From the IMG/VR virus record IMGVR_UViG_3300044723_005978, positions 1 to 45,251 of that record: DNA of 45,251 nt. One strand, given 5' to 3'. This document shows positions 1 through 7,115 of this stretch, piece by piece (position 1 is the first letter of the stretch; the number at the start of each line of letters is the position of its first letter). The notes beneath the pieces were generated by a model that saw nothing but the letters and a program-made list of their open reading frames with translations, was not told the DNA's origin and ran no database searches. Position numbers and translations under genes: made by a program. This stretch comes from a virus (Duplodnaviria; Caudoviricetes).

Positions 1-28
1 CCTTTCTAATTAACCAACCAACGATTAG

Positions 29-76
29 ATTATCTTCGATATGGGACCTACTGTCAACTACTTTTTACTACTTTTT
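29..76 (-). promoter_or_regulatory. Early sigma70-type promoter P1
   Basis: TTGACA (57-52), 17 bp spacer, GATAAT (34-29); phased A-tracts upstream; AGAAAGG SD at the window edge. Confidence 0.85.
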
Positions 77-334
77 ACCCTCCTCTTTTTTCTTTGATGG
101 AATTTGAGGAGCGAAGCCGACAAATGGACCTTTCGGCTTATTCGCATAATTAATCTTAGCGACTGCTTCCTCCAAACTGGCAGATTCCTCGCAATAAATG
201 TGCTGCTCTCCGTCATCCTCAAATGTCGTAAATGTGCCCGACCACTCTTCAATGTGATAACTCTTTCCCCGACAAGCGAATGCGTACTCGGCGAAGCCGT
301 CTTCTCTTTCAAACACTTTAGTTACGTTCTTCAT
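68..334 (-). CDS. Hypothetical early protein
   Basis: 88-aa ORF with AGGAG SD, in an operon. Confidence 0.7.
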   Translation of the reverse strand: MKNVTKVFEREDGFAEYAFACRGKSYHIEEWSGTFTTFEDDGEQHIYCEESASLEEAVAKINYANKPKGPFVGFAPQIPSKKKEEGKK

Positions 335-349
335 TTTTTTCTCCTGTAT

Positions 350-574
350 TTAAAATTCCTTGTTTAATAAAGCGCGTTCAATTTGAACGTCGATCATTTC
401 GCACCACTTGGCGTAACTACAATGATTAAGTGCGTAGACCATAATCGACTCGACGTTAAGGTAGATGTCGTTGCTGATGAAATAAAAGTAGCCTTCCCCT
501 TTAAAAAATTCAAGGTCAAGACCAGAATAGCGTGCCTGTATGTAGGCGTTTAGATTTTTGATAGTCGCTTTCAT
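350..574 (-). CDS. Hypothetical early protein
   Basis: 74-aa ORF with GAGGAG SD. Confidence 0.7.
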   Translation of the reverse strand: MKATIKNLNAYIQARYSGLDLEFFKGEGYFYFISNDIYLNVESIMVYALNHCSYAKWCEMIDVQIERALLNKEF

Positions 575-587
575 TTTTTTCTCCTCT

Positions 588-830
588 TTAAATTTCTGAT
601 ATCAGGGAATCATTCCAATCAACTGGGTAGTGTTTCGTGCCATTGATGATGGACGGATAAATGTAGTCAACGTCAATGACATTCTTTTTCACCAGTGACG
701 ATATTGCACCTCGCATCTTTTTTGGATCATCGTCTGGACCAATCAGGTCCGCCAGATAAATGCACTCTGTCTCTCCTAAAAGTGCTTTCAGGTTTTTGAT
801 TACTTTCATTTCTAAATCTGTGTAAACCAC
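588..830 (-). CDS. Small winged-helix-like DNA-binding protein (putative)
   Basis: GTG start after GAAAGGAG SD; IYLADL...KMRGAISSLVKKNVI pattern resembles a wHTH. Confidence 0.55.
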   Translation of the reverse strand: MVYTDLEMKVIKNLKALLGETECIYLADLIGPDDDPKKMRGAISSLVKKNVIDVDYIYPSIINGTKHYPVDWNDSLISEI

Positions 831-849
831 TTTAATCTCCTTTCTCAAT

Positions 850-1047
850 TTACCACCCAGTGCATTTTTCCCATCGGTAGCCGTCGTGATACTCAACTGT
901 GGCTCTCGCCGCCTTTCCCACTTTGTAAGCATCGTAATCCAGATCATCCTTCCAGTTGTAGGCTTCTCTAGCATTTTTGCCAACGTATTCGACCTTGCCT
1001 CTCATTTTGACTCGGTACTTGCCTTCCATGTTCTCTTTGAATTTCAT
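850..1047 (-). CDS. Hypothetical early protein
   Basis: ATG after AGAAAGGAGA SD; first gene of the P2 cassette. Confidence 0.7.
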   Translation of the reverse strand: MKFKENMEGKYRVKMRGKVEYVGKNAREAYNWKDDLDYDAYKVGKAARATVEYHDGYRWEKCTGW

Positions 1048-1084
1048 CTCTGTCTCCTTTCTAATTAACCAACCAACGATTAGA

Positions 1085-1133
1085 ATTATCGGCGATTTGA
1101 ATACTACTGTCAACTATTTTTTACTACTTTTTT
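1085..1133 (-). promoter_or_regulatory. Early promoter P2
   Basis: TTGACA (1113-1108), 17 bp, GATAAT (1090-1085); leader 1056-1084 identical to 1-29. Confidence 0.85.
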
Positions 1134-1148
1134 ACATTTATTTTAGCC

Positions 1149-1170
1149 AAAAAAAACGCCCCGAAGGGCG
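1149..1170 (-). terminator. Intrinsic terminator
   Basis: CGCCC-UUCG-GGGCG hairpin followed by U8. Confidence 0.85.
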
Positions 1171-1176
1171 CTTCTT

Positions 1177-1932
1177 TTAATCGTTGTTTGCATCTCGCTT
1201 TGGATATTCTTTGAGCAAATGCGCGATCTTGCTCCTGTGATACTTTCTTTCTGCTTTTGAACCACGGAAGTAAAAGTAACGGCCTTTGGAATTCTGCTTG
1301 ACCTTTTTTACGTTCGGGAAGACCTTCTTGATCTTGTCGATCTCAGTCGTTCCAAACTTCTGACGCATGGCTCTTGCGCCGTACATCTTGTCACCGACCA
1401 GCCAGCCATCTCTGTCACCGTCTCGGCTGTTGACGTTCGGGTTGGCGTCCCGCATCGAACCCACATAATCGAAGTTGCAGGCCTGATAGATCGTGCCGAT
1501 CTCGCCAGCCAGACTGTCTACGGTACAGGTGACGATCTTGTACTTCTCAGGAAGCATCTTGATGCTGCTTGAAATCAGTTTACTGGCGCTATGCGGATGT
1601 GCCCAGTGCACACAAGCTCCTCGATTCAGCAGGATGATCTTGCCGGTGTAATCGTATTTGTCCCAGCGTCCTAAGTTCTCGATGTACTCGACACCGTAGA
1701 CAACGACACCGCCGCAGACCCCTTCAAAGAAAATCCCGTAGTAATGCCAGTTGATCGCAGCAAGACATCCGAGCCATTCGTACTTCTCAATGATCTCCTT
1801 GGCTTGTTGGTGCGACACCTCGCGCACCTCAGCCTTTTTGATGTCCGTGTCGATATCCTGCCACCAAGCGCCGAACAGGTCTTGGTTCTCCCGTTCGGCT
1901 TTCTCTCGGACTAATCGCTGATGTGCCTTCAC
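1177..1932 (-). CDS. Mom-like adenine modification enzyme (GNAT fold)
   Basis: Motifs LNRG...ASKLISSSIK, VDSLAGEIGTIYQACNFDYVG and KGRYFYF typical of the Mom family. Confidence 0.75.
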   Translation of the reverse strand: MKAHQRLVREKAERENQDLFGAWWQDIDTDIKKAEVREVSHQQAKEIIEKYEWLGCLAAINWHYYGIFFEGVCGGVVVYGVEYIENLGRWDKYDYTGKIILLNRGACVHWAHPHSASKLISSSIKMLPEKYKIVTCTVDSLAGEIGTIYQACNFDYVGSMRDANPNVNSRDGDRDGWLVGDKMYGARAMRQKFGTTEIDKIKKVFPNVKKVKQNSKGRYFYFRGSKAERKYHRSKIAHLLKEYPKRDANND

Positions 1933-1935
1933 GCT

Positions 1936-2271
1936 TTAATCAATCCAGCCGTCGTTGTACGTGGCGGCCTCAATGCCCTGCTCCTTGAGGAACTCCAGAG
2001 CGGGCCCTACGCTCTCGTAGGCCGCGACGTTGCCCTGTACCCAAGAACAGTTAACTACGTTTTTGTATTCGTAGTTCCGCTTTCGTGGGCCAATGTACGG
2101 GACCTGAATCCCCTTCCCGCCGCAGCAGGTCCCCTTGTCTTCGCCACCCTGCTTTTTCCACTCAGCATGCCAGAGCATTGCCGCGTGAGCGAGGACCGTG
2201 GCCAGCTTATCAAGATCGGCGTCCTGATACGCCATGATGAGCTCGTCGTGATAATTTTTAACTAATTTCAT
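1936..2271 (-). CDS. Hypothetical protein
   Basis: 111-aa ORF with AGAAAGGAGA SD. Confidence 0.75.
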   Translation of the reverse strand: MKLVKNYHDELIMAYQDADLDKLATVLAHAAMLWHAEWKKQGGEDKGTCCGGKGIQVPYIGPRKRNYEYKNVVNCSWVQGNVAAYESVGPALEFLKEQGIEAATYNDGWID

Positions 2272-2290
2272 ATCGTTCTCCTTTCTAGGT

Positions 2291-2306
2291 GGCCCCCGAA
2301 GGGGCC
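2291..2306 (-). other. cUUCGg hairpin upstream of an SD, no U tract
   Basis: GGCCCC-UUCG-GGGGCC in the intergenic space. Confidence 0.65.
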
Positions 2307-2312
2307 GGTTAA

Positions 2313-2648
2313 TTAGAAGTTGTAATCGTAGAATTTCTTAGGCTTGGCGGCCAAATAGTGCTCTCCGTACTTTGTCTTCCAGTAGCCGCCTTTGTTCAAT
2401 CGAGCTCGGATCACCGGATTCTCAGGCTCAGGTTCGATGTTCCACTTCACCTCATCAATGTTTTTGAGGACCCCAGCAAAACCCCCGACTGCCCACTCCA
2501 TCTTCACAGTCTTGTCCCGCTCCGCTTTCATGGCTCGAATCTCGATAGTCTTTTCGCTGATCACCTTCACGATTTCGTAAGGCTTGATATCAGTCCAGCC
2601 GTGCAGGTTTGCGTATTTCGCTTCGTTTCCGTAGTCATCTTTCAACAT
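2313..2648 (-). CDS. Hypothetical phage protein
   Basis: 111-aa ORF with AGAAAGGAGAAAGA SD. Confidence 0.75.
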   Translation of the reverse strand: MLKDDYGNEAKYANLHGWTDIKPYEIVKVISEKTIEIRAMKAERDKTVKMEWAVGGFAGVLKNIDEVKWNIEPEPENPVIRARLNKGGYWKTKYGEHYLAAKPKKFYDYNF

Positions 2649-2686
2649 CTCTTTCTCCTTTCTTAATCAACCAACCAACAGTGACT

Positions 2687-2734
2687 ATTATAAGGGCTTT
2701 GACATCCGTGTCAACTACTTTAAACTATTTTTTT
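2687..2734 (-). promoter_or_regulatory. Early promoter P3
   Basis: TTGACA (2714-2709), 16 bp, TATAAT (2692-2687); GTTGGTTGGTT leader as in P1/P2. Confidence 0.8.
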
Positions 2735-3160
2735 CTATCTTACCCGACTCTCTAGCTTTCGATAAACCACGTGATTTGACCAGTCATTAAACGCGGCCAT
2801 CCACTGATTCTCGTCTGTGGCATCCTCGATACCGAACTCTTCAGCGATCTTAGCCTTCGTGGCCTCGTAAACCTCATCGCTGATATCGCGCGACTCGAGA
2901 ACGTACTTCACCTGTGGCAGGCCCTCGATGTTGTTGCTGTACTCGTACAGATCGATCATGCCGTCGAAATGTCCGTACTGGTACTTACCAGTGATCTCCG
3001 AAACTGCATCTCGCACTGGACCGTCAGTCCACCTGACGTACACAGAATCCCCGCCAGCGTAGTTGTTTGAACGCACAGAGAACTTGACGTTCGGAAAGGC
3101 CTTCTTCAGTTCCGCTCTGATTAACTTGGCCGCTTCAGCCGCTTCAGTAAGTTTTCTCAT
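2735..3160 (-). CDS. LPD29 (large polyvalent protein-associated domain 29) protein
   Basis: AKLIRAELKKAFPNVKFSVRS..YAGGDSVYVRWTDGP...FDGMIDLY signature. Confidence 0.75.
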   Translation of the reverse strand: MRKLTEAAEAAKLIRAELKKAFPNVKFSVRSNNYAGGDSVYVRWTDGPVRDAVSEITGKYQYGHFDGMIDLYEYSNNIEGLPQVKYVLESRDISDEVYEATKAKIAEEFGIEDATDENQWMAAFNDWSNHVVYRKLESRVR

Positions 3161-3455
3161 TTCTTTCTCCTTTCTTTTGTTTATCGAACCAGTAATCAGT
3201 AAAAGTTCCGTGTTTCACGGCCACTGCTACGTCATCGTTTTCTTCTAGCACCACCAGCCCGGTATAGGTCTTTCCATTTTTTGCGTATCGCTCTGCGTTA
3301 TAGCATCCTGTGGTCCGGTGAAGCTCTCTATTCATCTTTTCGATTGCAGCCCCGTAACCGCGATAGGGCTTGTACGCATAAACTGCCACATTAGCCTCAG
3401 ACCCATCAGGCAGGGTTTTTCTCTTCGCTGTTACCTTGTACATATATGCACTCAT
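3144..3455 (-). CDS. Hypothetical protein
   Basis: 103-aa ORF with AAGGAG SD. Confidence 0.7.
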   Translation of the reverse strand: MSAYMYKVTAKRKTLPDGSEANVAVYAYKPYRGYGAAIEKMNRELHRTTGCYNAERYAKNGKTYTGLVVLEENDDVAVAVKHGTFTDYWFDKQKKGERNEKTY

Positions 3456-3468
3456 CCCACTCTCCTTT

Positions 3469-3693
3469 TTAGTTACCAGCTTTGACTACTTTTCTGACTA
3501 CGTTTACAAACTCAGCGCAAAGCTCGCCTTTAGGATTCTTCAGGATAGTGTCCTTGATCCGTGGTGCGAGGTCCTTGTTACCTGCTACTTCTGCGAAACG
3601 CTCGATAACTGCTTCGCCCAGAACAGTCTCAGTTAACTCTTTCAGAGTCTCAATGTTCTCGAGGTTTTTCAGGGCTTTTTCATATGCGGTCAT
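3469..3693 (-). CDS. Hypothetical protein
   Basis: ATG after AGAAAGGAGAAAGA; first gene of the P4 cassette. Confidence 0.7.
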   Translation of the reverse strand: MTAYEKALKNLENIETLKELTETVLGEAVIERFAEVAGNKDLAPRIKDTILKNPKGELCAEFVNVVRKVVKAGN

Positions 3694-3730
3694 GTCTTTC
3701 TCCTTTCTGATTAACTTTCCAACGATTGGG

Positions 3731-3768
3731 ATTGTCGCCCATGTAAAAACTAATGTCAACTATTTTTT
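3731..3768 (-). promoter_or_regulatory. Early promoter P4
   Basis: TTGACA (3759-3754), 17 bp, GACAAT (3736-3731). Confidence 0.8.
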
Positions 3769-3822
3769 ACCATTAATTACCACCTAGTAAGTCTTTGATC
3801 CATAAGGAAAAATTACGAGAAT

Positions 3823-3854
3823 AAAAAAGCCCCGTAAAATTCACGGGGCAAAAA
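3823..3854. terminator. Intrinsic terminator for the minus-strand operon
   Basis: GCCCCGT...ACGGGGC stem with an A6 tract on the left (U6 on minus). Confidence 0.8.
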
Positions 3855-3881
3855 TCTAAAACAAGGAGTTAAACAGAAAGG

Positions 3882-4055
3882 CTAGTCCAAACCTTCCTTA
3901 TGACACTGTACCTCATTTTCAAGATCAACAGCTACTGCTAGCGCCAACTTAGCCAGAGACTCCGTGTCGTTGATGTAGCGGCCTGTGTCGGCAGAGAGGA
4001 GGGCCTGCATTGCAATACCCGCGTAAATCGCCACAAGGGCGTCAGAATCGTTCAT
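3882..4055 (-). CDS. Small phage protein, 57 aa (not in the ORF track)
   Basis: Hand translation MNDSDALVAIYAGIAMQALLS...KEGLD; starts 2 nt after the upstream stop; AxxAMQ motif. Confidence 0.7.
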   Translation of the reverse strand: MNDSDALVAIYAGIAMQALLSADTGRYINDTESLAKLALAVAVDLENEVQCHKEGLD

Positions 4056-4057
4056 AG

Positions 4058-4264
4058 CTAGTGCCTTCTGTCTTCCCTCAACTCTTCAGTAAAATCGTCA
4101 AGGCTGTCGTTGTAAATGTTAGTGAGCTCATCAATCCAGTCCTTTAAAACATCCAACCGCACCACCCCAAGATCGTTGTTGAACTCTCTCGTCAGCGACA
4201 CCTCGCCTTCCTCTGTTTCAGAGTTGTAGACCAAAACCCCGCACTCGTTAAATTTTTTTTCCAT
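4058..4264 (-). CDS. Acidic hypothetical protein
   Basis: 68-aa ORF translationally coupled to the upstream gene. Confidence 0.7.
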   Translation of the reverse strand: MEKKFNECGVLVYNSETEEGEVSLTREFNNDLGVVRLDVLKDWIDELTNIYNDSLDDFTEELREDRRH

Positions 4265-4668
4265 TACAACCTGCCCTCTTCTATTAGTGCTATTCGGTTA
4301 GCTTCCTGTGCAGCAGCTATTTCCTTTTTATTCTGCCCAGTGTACGGAACCGCCAATCGTTCTTTGATAAGGAGTTTCGTAATAGCTCCTTTTCCCGTTT
4401 TGAACTCGCCCAGAAATCTTCCAAACTTTCCTTTCTCTTTTGTTGTGAGCGCATATGTTCTTCCCACGACGAGAGCTTTTTGAACGTAGGCTTTTGCGAG
4501 TAGGCCATGAGCTTTCTCCTTCTTATTTCTTGTGCGGCATTCGGGAGTATCAATACCGTAAAGACGAATCCGCTGATTGTGCAGCCAAGTATCAAAACCA
4601 AGATCAATATCCACATCGACTGTATCTCCATCTACTATGCGTTTAATAGTTGCTTTGTATTCGTACAC
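4264..4668 (-). CDS. Thermonuclease (SNase family)
   Basis: IVDGDTVDVDIDLGF, IRLYGIDTPE and GKFGRFLG motifs. Confidence 0.9.
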   Translation of the reverse strand: MYEYKATIKRIVDGDTVDVDIDLGFDTWLHNQRIRLYGIDTPECRTRNKKEKAHGLLAKAYVQKALVVGRTYALTTKEKGKFGRFLGEFKTGKGAITKLLIKERLAVPYTGQNKKEIAAAQEANRIALIEEGRL

Positions 4669-4670
4669 TG

Positions 4671-4826
4671 CTATTCCTCTTTTTTTGGATCGTCATTCTT
4701 TGGGTCTTTGTAGCCGTCAAACCAACAAGTCTCAGGGTGATTGCAATCATACTCAACGTACCAGTTATCTCCGGTGCAAAAAGGATCGACTACCTTTTCG
4801 CAGTACGGGCACTCGTTATCATTCAT
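4671..4826 (-). CDS. Small Cys-rich (Zn-binding) protein
   Basis: MNDNECPYC...C...C...C after AGGAG SD. Confidence 0.55.
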   Translation of the reverse strand: MNDNECPYCEKVVDPFCTGDNWYVEYDCNHPETCWFDGYKDPKNDDPKKEE

Positions 4827-4827
4827 T

Positions 4828-5070
4828 TCATTCTCCTGTATAGATAAGCTGCCCCTCTTGGGAATTTCTCCGGTAAAACTCAAAATTGTTTTCGGTCCTC
4901 TGACTACGTTCCCATGCCCTGAACTTATCTAGCACGGACTGCCTGTCCTGACTGAACCAAAGATATTTTCTGACGCCATCACTGAAATGAAGCTGATACC
5001 AGTTATTTTTTGACGACTTCACTTTGAATATTTTGATTAACAATGTTCTGTCTCCTTTGATAAAGGCCAT
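4828..5070 (-). CDS. Hypothetical protein
   Basis: 80-aa ORF in the operon; start uncertain. Confidence 0.5.
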   Translation of the reverse strand: MAFIKGDRTLLIKIFKVKSSKNNWYQLHFSDGVRKYLWFSQDRQSVLDKFRAWERSQRTENNFEFYRRNSQEGQLIYTGE

Positions 5071-5200
5071 AACTTTCTTTCTGCAAATGATTCAAAACAC
5101 CTTGGCCTTCTGGAATGCGGGTGATCTGGCCCCCTTCCTTCAGAAACTTCGCCATGTCTTTTTCTATTTGATCACGCAGTTCTTTCTTTTCTTCCTTCAA
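5003..5200 (-). CDS. SutA RNAP-binding-domain-like protein
   Basis: LRDQIEKDMAKFLKEGGQITRIP matches the helix-FLxxGGx[IV] pattern of SutA; TTG start after AGGAG. Confidence 0.6.
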   Translation of the reverse strand: MKEEKKELRDQIEKDMAKFLKEGGQITRIPEGQGVLNHLQKESYGLYQRRQNIVNQNIQSEVVKK

Positions 5201-5441
5201 CAGACTGCTCCTGTAGGTTTTTCATTGGGACCATCCCCAACTCATACGACTCAATCCTAGCAGAGTAAAGCATCTCTGTGAGTTCCTCCACGACCTTTTC
5301 TGGGTCCTCTAAAACTTTTGAGAGAGCCTGAACCACCTTGACTCGATCAAAGACTTTGAGATCATCAAAGTGGTCCGAAGCCATTTCGGCCAGTTTGCCA
5401 CAGTGCTCGTCCAGCAGTTTGGTGTATTCTTTGGGGCTCAT
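5172..5441 (-). CDS. Hypothetical protein
   Basis: 89-aa ORF with ATGA overlap. Confidence 0.65.
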   Translation of the reverse strand: MSPKEYTKLLDEHCGKLAEMASDHFDDLKVFDRVKVVQALSKVLEDPEKVVEELTEMLYSARIESYELGMVPMKNLQEQSVEGRKERTA

Positions 5442-5656
5442 TCAGCCCTCCAGATTCGCAGTCCATTGCCTTCACGACGTGCAACGAACTTCTGCTTGCG
5501 TCGCGCACCCATGGCCATTGCTGATCGGTAGGCCTTACCGTTTACTTTTTCTCCGTCAAATAGAACTGAATCACCCACTTGCATACTGGCAAACGGCCAC
5601 TTACAGGCACGTTGCTCAGTAGGTACGGGCACATTTTTATCGATGGTAAATTCCAT
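5438..5656 (-). CDS. Small phage protein, putative DNA-binding
   Basis: IDKNVPVP...KWPFASMQVGDS...GLRIWR motif recognised from other phages. Confidence 0.7.
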   Translation of the reverse strand: MEFTIDKNVPVPTEQRACKWPFASMQVGDSVLFDGEKVNGKAYRSAMAMGARRKQKFVARREGNGLRIWRAE

Positions 5657-5658
5657 GA

Positions 5659-5850
5659 TTACTCCTTGCACTCAATGGTGTCATCAAAGGGCGGCCAACC
5701 TTGATCGCCCTGCGTTTCTTGAAATAGCGCCGTCATTTCGCAGTACAGCATTTCGCTCTGCACTTCATCGGTTAAATCCATGGTAGAAGCCACGGCAAAA
5801 CAAACCACTGAAACAGCAGCAAACAACACAAAAGCATTCTTATTTAGCAT
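5659..5850 (-). CDS. Small membrane-anchored or secreted protein
   Basis: N-terminal hydrophobic segment, then YCEM...WPPF...C. Confidence 0.6.
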   Translation of the reverse strand: MLNKNAFVLFAAVSVVCFAVASTMDLTDEVQSEMLYCEMTALFQETQGDQGWPPFDDTIECKE

Positions 5851-5900
5851 TCCATTCTCCTGTATTACTCTGAACACTGTACCACATTGGCACATGTTAT

Positions 5901-6020
5901 AAAAGCCCGTGACGTGGGCCAATCGGTCTGATCACCTAGGGAATCGCAACAGGCTCAGACTGCGGGTGTTTTCGAGGGAACAAATCCAAACAAAAAAACC
6001 TCATTCACCGCCCGCTGGGA
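5901..6020 (-). ncRNA. Candidate structured RNA: two compound stem-loops plus a terminator-like hairpin
   Basis: GCGGG/CCCGC with UGAGG/CCUCG; GUCUGA/UCAGAC with GCCU/AGGU; GCCC/GGGC then UUUU. Confidence 0.5.
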
Positions 6021-6275
6021 TTACTTGTAATACTCGTAACCTCTGATCTCACAATAACCACCGTTACAAGGCTTTTCAGTTATCTCGACCTCCAAGCCCT
6101 CTTCCCCAGCAGCTTTCAGAAACAATCCGGCGTCGTAATCTTCTTCAAGATAGGCGTTGCCATCTTTCTTGTAGCTGAATCCGGTGATTTTGTCGGCTAC
6201 ACCGAGGGCCTTGATCGTCTCAATAGGGACCTCGAGCCAACCGTGGCTCGGATCGTAATAGTGCGTCAATAACAT
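6021..6275 (-). CDS. Phage protein of the DPxHGWL family
   Basis: YYDPSHGWLEV...YLEEDYDA motif; ATG after AGAAAGGAGAAAGA. Confidence 0.75.
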   Translation of the reverse strand: MLLTHYYDPSHGWLEVPIETIKALGVADKITGFSYKKDGNAYLEEDYDAGLFLKAAGEEGLEVEITEKPCNGGYCEIRGYEYYK

Positions 6276-6288
6276 TTCTTTCTCCTTT

Positions 6289-6426
6289 CTAGTTATCCCA
6301 GTGCTTGGCACATTCGTCCCAAGAATGTTTTGGATCGTTAGAGCCACAGTTCATACACTCCCAAGGCTCTTCCTCCCAATGAGGGAACTCAGGCGGGTTG
6401 GGCTCGTTGAAATGGTCTTCTTCCAT
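6289..6426 (-). CDS. 45-aa CCHC zinc-knuckle-like peptide (not in the ORF track)
   Basis: Hand translation MEEDHFNEPNPPEFPHWEEEPWECMNCGSNDPKHSWDECAKHWDN; strong SD. Confidence 0.65.
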   Translation of the reverse strand: MEEDHFNEPNPPEFPHWEEEPWECMNCGSNDPKHSWDECAKHWDN

Positions 6427-6455
6427 TTCTTTCTCCTTTCTGTCAATTACAATAT

Positions 6456-6490
6456 ATACTACTAAAACACAAGTACACTGTCACCTATTT
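6456..6490 (-). promoter_or_regulatory. Early promoter P5
   Basis: GTGACA (6484-6479), 17 bp, TAGTAT (6461-6456). Confidence 0.65.
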
Positions 6491-6913
6491 ATTACCACTT
6501 TTGTTGATTGCGTCCACTGCTTTTTCATACCTCTTGATCATTGACGGAGTGATAGATTTCACGTCCCTCAGGTGGTCCGCGAGGTCTGCATTCTTTACCG
6601 CAATTGCAATAGGATCGCCGCTCTCAGCGACCTTATGGATGTAATCCATGTATGTCTCGTCTCCCTTAGCCTCTGTGAGCACGTTTACGGACTTGGCAAG
6701 GTCTTTGCCTATCACATGTTCAAGGGCCTCCAGCGTCAACGGTGTGTCCTCTAGGATGTCGTGTAGAACCCCCACGATCACGTACTCGGGTCCAAGCGGA
6801 GCGACGTATTCGGCCACCCTTCTCAGATGGCCGTTGAAATAGTCTTCTCCGGCCTTGTCTACCTGTCCGGCGTGAAAGATTTTGGCAAGCTCAAACGCTG
6901 CTGCCACATTCAT
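6485..6913 (-). CDS. Stand-alone RelA/SpoT-type HD hydrolase (small alarmone hydrolase-like)
   Basis: HAGQVDKAGEDY..H..RV, LHDILEDT and VKNADLADHL motifs; no synthetase domain. Confidence 0.85.
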   Translation of the reverse strand: MNVAAAFELAKIFHAGQVDKAGEDYFNGHLRRVAEYVAPLGPEYVIVGVLHDILEDTPLTLEALEHVIGKDLAKSVNVLTEAKGDETYMDYIHKVAESGDPIAIAVKNADLADHLRDVKSITPSMIKRYEKAVDAINKSGNK

Positions 6914-6944
6914 GATTTTTCTCCTTTCTCCTTTCTGATTATTA

Positions 6945-7115
6945 CTACTTTTTAACGGTCCAGTCTGCCCAGTCTAACACAGTAATTTTCTTACCAAACT
7001 CATCAGTCAAACGATTGTAGGCATCATCAAAGTCTTCTCCTCGGATACCGAGAGCCTTAACTTCTTTTTCGCCTGCATCGTCTAAAACTTCAATCTGAAA
7101 AGCAAAATAAGCCAT
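6945..7115 (-). CDS. 56-aa hypothetical protein (not in the ORF track)
   Basis: Hand translation MAYFAFQIEVLDDAGEKEVKALGIRGEDFDDAYNRLTDEFGKKITVLDWADWTVKK; TAATG coupling. Confidence 0.65.
   Translation of the reverse strand: MAYFAFQIEVLDDAGEKEVKALGIRGEDFDDAYNRLTDEFGKKITVLDWADWTVKK

Noticed and set aside
3694-3759. Similar N-terminal extensions (...LIRKEKEM) on several track ORFs (850, 3469, 6021, 7399, 7728, 18447)
   Set aside because: Artefact of reading the promoter/SD DNA repeat in frame from TTG or other upstream codons; true starts follow the SD
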